Assembly: GCA_963764165.1 (NCBI GenBank)
Contig: CAVXRD010000002.1
Span: 2,784,001 to 2,848,000, forward strand
Length of the DNA stretch: 64,000 bases
Reading direction: 5' to 3'
Source: an uncultured Verrucomicrobiae bacterium
Lineage (GTDB): Bacteria; Verrucomicrobiota; Verrucomicrobiia; Limisphaerales; Palsa-1400
This document shows, piece by piece, positions 1 to 7,975 of the stretch. Both the position numbers and the translations under genes were made by a program. The notes beneath the pieces are model-generated. The model saw only the letters and a program-made list of their open reading frames with translations. It made no database searches and was not told the DNA's origin. Every line of letters starts with the position of its first letter. Position 1 is the first letter of the stretch.

Positions 1-1
1 A

Positions 2-193
2 GAAGAGGCCCTAAAATCAGCAGAGATGGCGTCCGAATCTGATGTCATTCGGTTTTGTATCGAAGCAGGAATGACGTGCCAGCACAGTGCGCCCGTTTTG
101 CGAAGGCTCAAAGAAGCTCGAGTAATCGAGATGGGATTCCGTGTACCCGATATTGGCAGGTTGGGATCGCCGCGCCCGATTCGCCTCGTTTGA
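2..193 (+). CDS. 3' end of a CDS running in from the left edge; hypothetical protein
   Basis: Open frame EEALKSAEMASESDVIRFCIEAG...GFRVPDIGRLGSPRPIRLV, then TGA TAA TAG; not in the ORF track, probably because it is truncated at the window edge. Confidence 0.5.
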   Translation, partial: EEALKSAEMASESDVIRFCIEAGMTCQHSAPVLRRLKEARVIEMGFRVPDIGRLGSPRPIRLV

Positions 194-388
194 TAATAGG
201 AGCGGTTGAGCGAAGCGCGACGACACGATTTGTCCGACTGCGAGATCGCTCTCTTTGCAACAACACTCGATTCGCAGCGATTTTCCTCCAAGGCTTCGAT
301 TTGCGGTCGAAATTATGTGGGGGGCTTGGCGGCCATATGCCCACCGAACACTCTTGCGCCGCGCTTTGCTGCGTTGCATTTTTCTCCG

Positions 389-1498
389 ATGAATGCCGCC
401 AGAACGAGCCGTCGTCGCTTCTTGAAATCCGCTTCTGTCGCCGCAATCGGCGCGCCGTGGATCACCAAATTTGCAACCGCTGTGCGAGCAGATGATGCGA
501 ATCGCCCGCTCGGCTTCGCGGTTTGCGGTTTGGGAGGGCTCGCCACGGGACAGATTGCGCCCGGACTTCTTAAAGCCAAGAATTGCCGGTTGGCTGGCAT
601 CGTCACCGGGCATCCGGACAAGGCGAAGAAATGGCAGGCCCAATACAACATTCCAGACAAGAACGTTTATAACTACGACAACATGGAAAAGATGGCGGAC
701 AATCCCGACATCGATGTCGTCTATGTCGTCACGCCGAACGCGCTGCACGCCGAGCACACCATCAAGGCGGCGAAGGCCGGCAAGCATGTCCTTTGCGAGA
801 AACCGATGGAGGTGTCCGTTGACAAATGCCAGCAAATGATTGACGCGTGCAAGGTGGCTGACCGGCTGCTGGCGATCGGTTATCGCAGCCGGTTTGACCC
901 CAATACCCAGGAATGCGTCCGCCTGGCGCGGCAAAACGCTTTCGGCAAAATTAAAATCATCGAGGCCAGCTTCGGATTTCACATCGGCGACCCGAACCAA
1001 TGGCGGTTGAAACGCGAGCTGGCCGGCGGCGGCGCGCTGATGGATGTCGGGATTTATGCGCTTCAGGCCACGCGCTATCTCAGCGGCGAGGAGCCGGTGG
1101 CGGTGACGGCGCTGGAAACGAAGACCGATCCTGTCAAGTTCAAGGAGGTGGACGAATCGGTCACATGGCAATTGAAATTTCCCAGCGGCATCATCGCCAA
1201 TTGCGCCACGAGTTACGTGGCTGTTGGCATCAACTTTTACACGGCCTACGCCGAGCGCGGAAACTTCGGGCTCAATCCCGCTTACAGTTACGAAGGCAAT
1301 CGCATGTGGCGCACCGACAGGCCTCCGGGTGAAATCCCCCAGTTGGATCAATTCGCGGCGGAGATGGACGACTTTGCCCAATGCATCCGGCAGAAGAAGC
1401 CATCCATCGTTTCCGGCGAAGAGGGCTTGCGCGACATTCGGATCACCACCGCCATTTACGAATCCATCCGCACAGGCAAAACGCAGGTTTTGGCTTAG
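389..1498 (+). CDS. Gfo/Idh/MocA family oxidoreductase (glucose-fructose oxidoreductase-like) with Tat signal
   Basis: SRRRFLK Tat motif after ATG at 389; GLGG Rossmann motif, AGKHVLCEKP, GGGALMDVGIY. Confidence 0.92.
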   Translation: MNAARTSRRRFLKSASVAAIGAPWITKFATAVRADDANRPLGFAVCGLGGLATGQIAPGLLKAKNCRLAGIVTGHPDKAKKWQAQYNIPDKNVYNYDNMEKMADNPDIDVVYVVTPNALHAEHTIKAAKAGKHVLCEKPMEVSVDKCQQMIDACKVADRLLAIGYRSRFDPNTQECVRLARQNAFGKIKIIEASFGFHIGDPNQWRLKRELAGGGALMDVGIYALQATRYLSGEEPVAVTALETKTDPVKFKEVDESVTWQLKFPSGIIANCATSYVAVGINFYTAYAERGNFGLNPAYSYEGNRMWRTDRPPGEIPQLDQFAAEMDDFAQCIRQKKPSIVSGEEGLRDIRITTAIYESIRTGKTQVLA

Positions 1499-1618
1499 CA
1501 ATCGGTTAAGTTGAGCTTCATGCGAGGCTTCAGATTGTCAATAGCGTCAAAATCCGTTAAGCTTGGCCGCCTGCATACCTTGAACAGAAGCAATTTGCCG
1601 GAACCATGCGAAAACCGC

Positions 1619-1774
1619 GTGAACGATGACGGTACCGCTGACGTGGACATTTCTCTCCTTGAGGACAGTCTTGCCATGACACCTTGGAAGCGGATGCAAG
1701 CCAACGACGACGCCGTCAATTTTGCCGATGGCCTCCGTGCCGCCATGCAGGATCGCCATGCAAAACCTGACTGA
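1619..1774 (+). CDS. Small hypothetical protein, probable partner of the downstream nucleotidyltransferase
   Basis: GTG start; DISLLEDSLAMTPWKRMQ; stop overlaps the start of the next gene. Confidence 0.55.
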   Translation: MNDDGTADVDISLLEDSLAMTPWKRMQANDDAVNFADGLRAAMQDRHAKPD

Positions 1775-2235
1775 ATTGACCCGCAGGCTGGTTGACGCGC
1801 GCGTGGACTTCGTTTTGGTGGGTGGATTTGCCGCCGCCGCATATGGGGTGATTTTGCTGACGCGCGGCGTCGATATATGCTGCCGATTGATGAGCCGAAC
1901 GTTCGGCGTCTCCAAACAGCCCTGTCTGATTCGCACCCCGTCTATCGTTCAAGGCCGGATTTGCCGTTTGATCTGACCACGGACGAGTGCGCGCGATTAA
2001 AGTCCTCTACCTGCGCACGGACTTGGGGCGGCTTGATTGCCTCGGAGAAATCCTTGGCGTGGGTGGCTTCGAGGAAGTCTTCTCCCACAGCGTTCGGATC
2101 GAGCTTCCTTTTGGCCATTTCAGAGTCCTTGAGATCAAGGCCCTCATTCGCGCAAAAGAGGCGACGGACCGGGACCACGACAGAATTAGCGTTCGCCAAC
2201 TGAAAGAGATTCAGAAACGGCAGCACCTAAAATGA
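1758..2235 (+). pseudogene. Nucleotidyltransferase-family gene with two frameshifts (pseudogene or sequencing error)
   Basis: MQNLTELTRRLVDARVDFVLVGGFAAAAYG...DIC, then DEPNVRRLQTAL...DLPFDL, then LYLRTDLGRLDCLGEILGVG...LIRAKEATDRDHD in three successive frames; shifts near 1888 and 2003. Confidence 0.75.
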
Positions 2236-2340
2236 TTTTGCTAGACCAATGAGCCCGGGCGGAACACCTCATTGACGCGTGATTGGGGCATGATAAACTT
2301 CCTTATCATGTGCCGCGCTTCAAAACCAAATCCGGAGGCA

Positions 2341-4650
2341 ATGCTGAACCTCGTTTGGACTGCCTTAGTTTTCTGCCTTGCTATTTGTTTGAATTCACCC
2401 TTCGCGGCGCACGGCCAAAGCGCGACGTTTGCGGGCAATGCGCAACACACCGGCAATTTCCCGGTCGCGGCGCAGCGGTTGTCTTCCTTGCATTGGACCG
2501 CCCCGGTCGATTTGGACAACACGGGTGAATACGCGCACTACGGCGAACCTCTCGTGACCCCGTCCAACACAGTGATCATCCCCGTCAAAATCTCCACCAA
2601 TACGTTCGAAATTATCGCTTACGACGGGCCAACGGGCCGCCTGAAATACATCCTGACCAATGATTTCGTCCAAGTCCCGTTCAGCGGCTGGATTGCCACC
2701 TACCAGCCGGTTCTCGCGTATCCCAATGGAATTCTGACACTATGCTATCCAGGCGCAGGCGGGACGGTTTATTACCTGCAAAACCCCGACTCCGGCACTC
2801 CGGGCGCGCCGTCTCAAGTCTGCTTTTATACCAACTTGAGCGCCTATCAGGGCAACAGTTCGTACAAAACCGCCGTCTACATTAATACGCCAATCACCTC
2901 AGATACCAACGGCGATCTGTTCTTTGGATTTCGCGTCCAGTTGACTGTTCAGAACGCCCCCGCCACCAATGGCTTTGCGCGAATTGACGCCTCTGGAAAC
3001 GGCAGCTATGTGGCGGCACCGACCGCCGCCAACGACAGCACCATGGCCTACACCGCTCATAACGTGGCGCCCGCTCTCAGCCTCGACGGCTCCACTGTCT
3101 ACGTCGTTCCCTTTGCGTCGGACTACACCTGCTATCTGGTGGGATTGAACACCACGAATCTGTCAACGAAATACCGCGTCAAGCTCGTTGACCCGACCGT
3201 CAATCAATTTGCCCAAATTCAGGAGGATGGAACGTCCTCGCCAACCGTGGGGCCGGACGGCGACGTTTTCTTTGGAATTTGGGACACTGGCAGCATCGGT
3301 GTTCTTCTGCATTATAGCGGGGACTTGCAGACCGTTAAGACGCCCGGCGCCTTCGGCTGGGATAATACCGTGGCGATCGTTCCGACCAATATGCTGCCCG
3401 GTTACAACGGCCCCTCCTCGTATCTGCTTTTCAGCAAATACAATTATTACTCCACCGGCGACAACAAAATCGCCCTGCTTGATCCAAACGCCCCGCAGCT
3501 TGATTCGCATCCGGCGCGCGCTGGCTTCACCGAAATGCGGGAGCTTCTGACGGTGCCAGGTTTCACGTATGGCGGCGCGAGTGTCAGGGAATGGTGCGTC
3601 AATACCGCGGCAGTCGACCCGGCCACCCACAGCATTTTTGCCTCAAGCGAAGATGGTCAGATCTACCGGTGGAATGTTGCGTCCAACGGTATCGCGGAGG
3701 TTGTTCCCCTCACTGCCGGCATCAGTGAGCCTTACGTCCCGGTATGCGTCGGTCCGGACGGCGGGGTTTACACGCTCAACGGAGGTTTCATATTCGCGCT
3801 CGGCGCGCTTTCCAATGTGGACGTCGCTATTTACTCATCCGCTCCTGATTTGCGATTGGCAGTCAAGGGTCAGCCGCTGACGTTCACGGCGGTGGTGTCC
3901 AATTACAATTCCGCAGGACCAGTTCCCACTGGCACGGCCACCTTCCTCGACAAGTACTACGTGGGGAACACCGCGATCACCAACACCCTCGCCGCAGCCG
4001 TTCCGCTTTCAAACGGTGTGGCGTCAGTTTCCACCGCCGCCTTGTTTGCCGATGGCACCAATAATGCGAGCCACTTTATAACCGCGGAATATAGCGGCGA
4101 CCCCAATTTCCCTGCGGGCAAATCAACATTAGTCGAAAAGATTCACGCTTACGCCTCAATCACCACCGTAACATCCGCGACTGTCAGCAGCGGCGTCAGC
4201 TTCACCGCCACGGTTTCTGGCGGTCCCGCAAGCGCGCCGGTTCCAACCGGCTTCGCAGCATTTTATGACGGCACAAATTTTCTGGAGCAACTCCCGCTGG
4301 GTACGAACGGCTCTGTCTCATACGTCATAACCAACTTCAGCGCCGCGCCGCATTCGATCACCGCCACCTACACCTCCGATCGGCTTTACGCCGCGAGCAC
4401 GGCAAGTGTGATCGCCCCGCCCATCATCATCACCAGCGCAACTATCGATACCAATGGGCTGTTTCGGTTGTCGTTTACGAACGCCATTGGAGCTTCATTT
4501 ACAGTGATCAGCACGCCTGACCTCACATTGCCTTTGAGCAATTGGTCCGTTCTCGGTCGTGCCACAGAAGTGCATCCGGGAGTCTTTCAATTCGAGGATT
4601 CCAATTCCACCAGGAAAGGCTGGCAATTTTATCGGGTCCGCTCCCCTTGA
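2341..4650 (+). CDS. Secreted protein: beta-propeller-like N-terminal region, two Ig-like (Big_3-type) repeats, C-terminal FYRV sorting-like domain
   Basis: Signal peptide MLNLVWTALVFCLAICL...AHG; PTGTATF...HFITAEYSGD and PTGFAAF...HSITATYTSD repeats; ends QFEDSNSTRKGWQFYRVRSP. Confidence 0.8.
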   Translation: MLNLVWTALVFCLAICLNSPFAAHGQSATFAGNAQHTGNFPVAAQRLSSLHWTAPVDLDNTGEYAHYGEPLVTPSNTVIIPVKISTNTFEIIAYDGPTGRLKYILTNDFVQVPFSGWIATYQPVLAYPNGILTLCYPGAGGTVYYLQNPDSGTPGAPSQVCFYTNLSAYQGNSSYKTAVYINTPITSDTNGDLFFGFRVQLTVQNAPATNGFARIDASGNGSYVAAPTAANDSTMAYTAHNVAPALSLDGSTVYVVPFASDYTCYLVGLNTTNLSTKYRVKLVDPTVNQFAQIQEDGTSSPTVGPDGDVFFGIWDTGSIGVLLHYSGDLQTVKTPGAFGWDNTVAIVPTNMLPGYNGPSSYLLFSKYNYYSTGDNKIALLDPNAPQLDSHPARAGFTEMRELLTVPGFTYGGASVREWCVNTAAVDPATHSIFASSEDGQIYRWNVASNGIAEVVPLTAGISEPYVPVCVGPDGGVYTLNGGFIFALGALSNVDVAIYSSAPDLRLAVKGQPLTFTAVVSNYNSAGPVPTGTATFLDKYYVGNTAITNTLAAAVPLSNGVASVSTAALFADGTNNASHFITAEYSGDPNFPAGKSTLVEKIHAYASITTVTSATVSSGVSFTATVSGGPASAPVPTGFAAFYDGTNFLEQLPLGTNGSVSYVITNFSAAPHSITATYTSDRLYAASTASVIAPPIIITSATIDTNGLFRLSFTNAIGASFTVISTPDLTLPLSNWSVLGRATEVHPGVFQFEDSNSTRKGWQFYRVRSP

Positions 4651-4716
4651 TCGGTGTGAGAAGGCCGGCTGGCGTTGACAGTTGTGCCCAGATGGGTGAT
4701 GGACGAAGGCCGAAAG

Positions 4717-4890
4717 GCGTGGCTGTGTCGAAGAGCCGCAGCCACATTCATCCGACCGACGACGAATCTTGTTGCGGCCATCTCTCCGAAAAACACGCCA
4801 AAACTTCGGAACTGCGACTGGCGAGCCATAACGCTCTATTGAACCCGCCCCTTGTTTCGAAGCGGCTGCCGCTGGTCTTCGGCGCAGCCG
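4717..4890. repeat. Degenerate inverted REP pair (same family as 39883-39982)
   Basis: GCGTGGCTGTGTCGAAGAGCCGCAGC at 4717-4742 and GCTGCCGCTGGTCTTCGGCGCAGCCG at 4865-4890. Confidence 0.6.
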
Positions 4891-5019
4891 TATCTCCGCA
4901 CAACGCCAATCGGCGGCAATCTCACTTTGCGCCTCACCCGCTTTTGATCACATACGGCCGCCCAACGCTGCGACAAAGCAAGTTGATTTGCCGAGGCGCG
5001 CCCGCCTACTCTTGGAGCA

Positions 5020-6093
5020 ATGATTCGAAATGTCATCTTCGACTGGTCGGGCACGCTGGTGGACGATTTGCCCGCCGTGCTGGCGGCCACCAACGCCGTG
5101 TTTGAAGAATGCGGCGTCGAAATCATGACGCTCGAAACGTTTCGCGCCGAGTTTTGCCTGCCGTTCAAAAATTTTTACGACCGCTACATCCCACATGTGC
5201 CGGTGGCGGATTTGGAGAAAACCTTCCACGCCAGCTTCCACAAATTGCAGGACAACATCGTGGCCCTGCCGCACGCGGAGGAGTTTCTCATTTTCTGCCG
5301 GAAGCGCGGCGTGCGCACGTTCGTCCTGAGCACGGTGCACAAGGATTATTTCGCATTGCAAGCGGCCGCGGCTGGCTTCGACAAATACATTGATCGCCCT
5401 TACACCGGCGTTTGGGACAAGCGCCTGAAAATTTTGGAGCTGCTTTCAGAAAACAATCTTGATCCCGCCGAAACTGTTTTTATTGGTGACATGCAGCATG
5501 ACGTCGACACGGCCAAGCATGGCGGCGTCCATTCCTGCGCGGTGCTGACGGGCTATAATCGGCTCGACCAATTGCGCGCCAGTGATCCAGACGTGATTGT
5601 CGAGCACCTTGGCGAGTTGCGGCAGATTCTCGAGCGCAATCAAATGGAATTGAAGCCCGCTGTCGAAAGCGAGGGCGTCGGGCATCCAATTTGCACCGTG
5701 GGCGCGTTGATCTCGGACGATGAGGGGCGGGTGCTCATGATTCGCACGCAAAAGTGGTCGAATCTCTGGGGGATTCCCGGCGGCAAAATCAAACTTGGCG
5801 AACCGTCCGCGCAAGCGTTGCGGCGCGAGATCAAAGAGGAGACAAATCTGGAAGTCAGCGAGATTGAATTTGTCATGGTTCAGGATTGCATTGAGTCGAA
5901 GGAATTTTATCGCAGCGCGCATTTTGTGCTTTTGAATTACACCTGCCGCGCGCGCGGGGCGCCTGCGGTGAGGCTTAACGAGGAAGCGCAGGAATTCAAA
6001 TGGGTTGTGCCCGCTGCGGCGATGGAAATGCAGCTTAACCGGCCCACGCGGGTCCTTTTGGAAAAGGTCTTGAGTTCCGCCGCCGAATTGTGA
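5020..6093 (+). CDS. HAD phosphatase - Nudix hydrolase fusion protein
   Basis: HAD motif I IFDWSGTL and motif IV FIGDMQHD; Nudix box GGKIKLGEPSAQALRREIKEETNL. Confidence 0.9.
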   Translation: MIRNVIFDWSGTLVDDLPAVLAATNAVFEECGVEIMTLETFRAEFCLPFKNFYDRYIPHVPVADLEKTFHASFHKLQDNIVALPHAEEFLIFCRKRGVRTFVLSTVHKDYFALQAAAAGFDKYIDRPYTGVWDKRLKILELLSENNLDPAETVFIGDMQHDVDTAKHGGVHSCAVLTGYNRLDQLRASDPDVIVEHLGELRQILERNQMELKPAVESEGVGHPICTVGALISDDEGRVLMIRTQKWSNLWGIPGGKIKLGEPSAQALRREIKEETNLEVSEIEFVMVQDCIESKEFYRSAHFVLLNYTCRARGAPAVRLNEEAQEFKWVVPAAAMEMQLNRPTRVLLEKVLSSAAEL

Positions 6094-6113
6094 CAATTCG
6101 TGCGCGGAGGGCC

Positions 6114-6194
6114 AGGTAGGGACGCCTCGCCGAGGCGTCCGGTTGCGCATGAATCAAGCCTCACCCCGGACGCCTCGGCGAGGCGTCCCTACCT
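6114..6194. repeat. Inverted pair of GTAG-type REP elements, copy 1
   Basis: AGGTAGGGACGCCTCGCCGAGGCGTCCGG at 6114-6142 and its reverse complement at 6166-6194. Confidence 0.9.
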
Positions 6195-6220
6195 CAAAAT
6201 TAAATTGGCATTGGGTGAAT

Positions 6221-6589
6221 ATGGATCAGATACAGATACAAGACCTGGAAGTTTCGTTTCGCGTGGGCGTGAGCAACAACGAACGCGTGCGCCCGCAACG
6301 GCTGACCATCAGCGTCATCATGGAAATGGATGCGACCGCGGCGGCGCAATCCGATGACGTGACGAAAACGGTGGATTACTATTTGGTATCGCGCCGCATT
6401 CTGGCTTTGGGCGAGAAAAAAACCTGGAAGCTGATCGAGACCATCGCGGTGGATATTGCAGGATTGATCCTTGGCGAATTCAAACCTTTCGCGGTCACGG
6501 TAGAGTTGAAGAAGTTTATCATTCCGGAAGCGCGCTGGGTTTCCATCAAGATTCGCCGGGAACAGAAACCGCCGCCCTCGCCAGCCTGA
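6221..6589 (+). CDS. folB: Dihydroneopterin aldolase
   Basis: MDQIQIQDL...VGV...ER..PQRLTI...SDDVTKTVDY...WKLIETIA...VELKK. Confidence 0.9.
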   Translation: MDQIQIQDLEVSFRVGVSNNERVRPQRLTISVIMEMDATAAAQSDDVTKTVDYYLVSRRILALGEKKTWKLIETIAVDIAGLILGEFKPFAVTVELKKFIIPEARWVSIKIRREQKPPPSPA

Positions 6590-6598
6590 TTTGTTTGC

Positions 6599-7054
6599 AT
6601 GGCCCATATCCACGAGAAAATTGATTTCACTGTGGCGATTTTTGTCGTTCACGAGGCGAAGGTTCTGCTGATTCATCATCGCAAGCTGAACAAATGGCTT
6701 CCGCTGGGCGGGCACATCGAATTGGACGAAGACCCGGAGCAGGCCGCGTTGCGCGAAGCTGAGGAGGAGAGTGGTCTCTCGGTCAAATTGCTGGGCGAAC
6801 GCCCGCCGACAGACGAGCCGGGGACGCGGGCGCTCATTTCGCCGCGCTTCATGGATATTCACCGCATCTCGGAGACGCACGAGCACATCGGATTGATTTA
6901 TTGGGCGCGCCCGCGCCACGGTTCGGTCACGCTGGCCGGCGCCGAACACCATGCCATCCGCTGGTGTTCCAGCGCCGATTTGGATGCGCTCGAACCGGCA
7001 ATGTCTAATGCCGTGAAATGGTATTGCCGCAAGGCGCTGGAAGAAATTCAGTGA
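6599..7054 (+). CDS. Nudix hydrolase
   Basis: LLIHHRKLNKWLPLGGHIELDEDPEQAALREAEEESGL. Confidence 0.9.
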   Translation: MAHIHEKIDFTVAIFVVHEAKVLLIHHRKLNKWLPLGGHIELDEDPEQAALREAEEESGLSVKLLGERPPTDEPGTRALISPRFMDIHRISETHEHIGLIYWARPRHGSVTLAGAEHHAIRWCSSADLDALEPAMSNAVKWYCRKALEEIQ

Positions 7055-7797
7055 CCGGCGATGCTCGACGTGATGTGTTTTTTCGCCTCGGTGACGGCGC
7101 GCAAAAGCGACAATCCCCGAGCCAAATTCGCCGTGATCGCGGCAGAATAAGTGCAGCCGGTTCCGTGCAATTCTTTCGTGTTTACGCGCGGGACGGAGAG
7201 CATCCATTCACCATCGTTGCTGCGCAAGACATCGAGGGCTTCGTTTGTGCCCGGCAGATGGCCGCCTTTCACCAAGGCTGCGCAGCCGAAACGTTCGTGA
7301 ATGGTCTTCGCGGCTTCACGCATGTTCTCTGGGCTTTTAATCGCGATTCCCGAGAGGACTTCGGCTTCCGCCAAGTTGGGGGTTGCCAATGTGACTAATG
7401 GGAGCAAGGAGAGTTGGAGCGCGGCGGCGGCGGATGGTTGCAGCAACCGCTTGCCGCTGGTGGAGATCATTACTGGATCGACCACCAATGGGATCGAATG
7501 GGCATTTCTGAAAAAAGCGGCCACTTCGCGCACGATGGCCGCTGAATATAGCATTCCCGTTTTGGCGGCCGATGCGGAGAATTCGCCAGCGACCGCTTCC
7601 AATTGCGCGCGCACCACTCGCGCCGGGCACGGAAATATTTCCGAGACGGTTCGGCGATTTTGCGCGGTGACGCACGTGACGACACACGCCCCGTGGACAT
7701 GCAGCCGGTCGAACGTCCTTAAGTCCGCCTGCAATCCGGCCTCGCCACCGCTATCCGAGCCGGCGATGGTCAGTGCTATGTGATTACTTGCCTTGAT
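7048..7797 (-). CDS. thiD: Hydroxymethylpyrimidine/phosphomethylpyrimidine kinase; start apparently ATC
   Basis: ALTIAGSDSGGEAGLQADL, KTGML, VVDPVMISTSG, TPNLAEAEVL, KGGH, HGTGCTYSAAI; the conserved N-terminus extends upstream of the tracked ORF start. Confidence 0.92.
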   Translation of the reverse strand: MKASNHIALTIAGSDSGGEAGLQADLRTFDRLHVHGACVVTCVTAQNRRTVSEIFPCPARVVRAQLEAVAGEFSASAAKTGMLYSAAIVREVAAFFRNAHSIPLVVDPVMISTSGKRLLQPSAAAALQLSLLPLVTLATPNLAEAEVLSGIAIKSPENMREAAKTIHERFGCAALVKGGHLPGTNEALDVLRSNDGEWMLSVPRVNTKELHGTGCTYSAAITANLARGLSLLRAVTEAKKHITSSIAGH

Positions 7798-7820
7798 ACG
7801 TGTCTCCTAGTCGGGAAGCG

Positions 7821-7903
7821 AGGTAGGGACGCCTCGCCGAGGCGTCCGGTTTTGCGCAGGAATGACGCCGCGACCCGGACGCCTCGGCGAGGCGTCCCTA
7901 CCT
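7821..7903. repeat. Inverted pair of GTAG-type REP elements, copy 2
   Basis: Same 29-mer at 7821-7849, reverse complement at 7875-7903. Confidence 0.9.
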
Positions 7904-7975
7904 ACTGCTCTCAATAACGTAACTCGATATTTCGTCTTTGCCTCCTCATTGTCAAACAAGCATGATGGCCCACCG

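Noticed and set aside
2..193. Assignment of the edge ORF to a named family such as TcmP
   Set aside because: Only 63 C-terminal residues are visible and the resemblance cannot be verified
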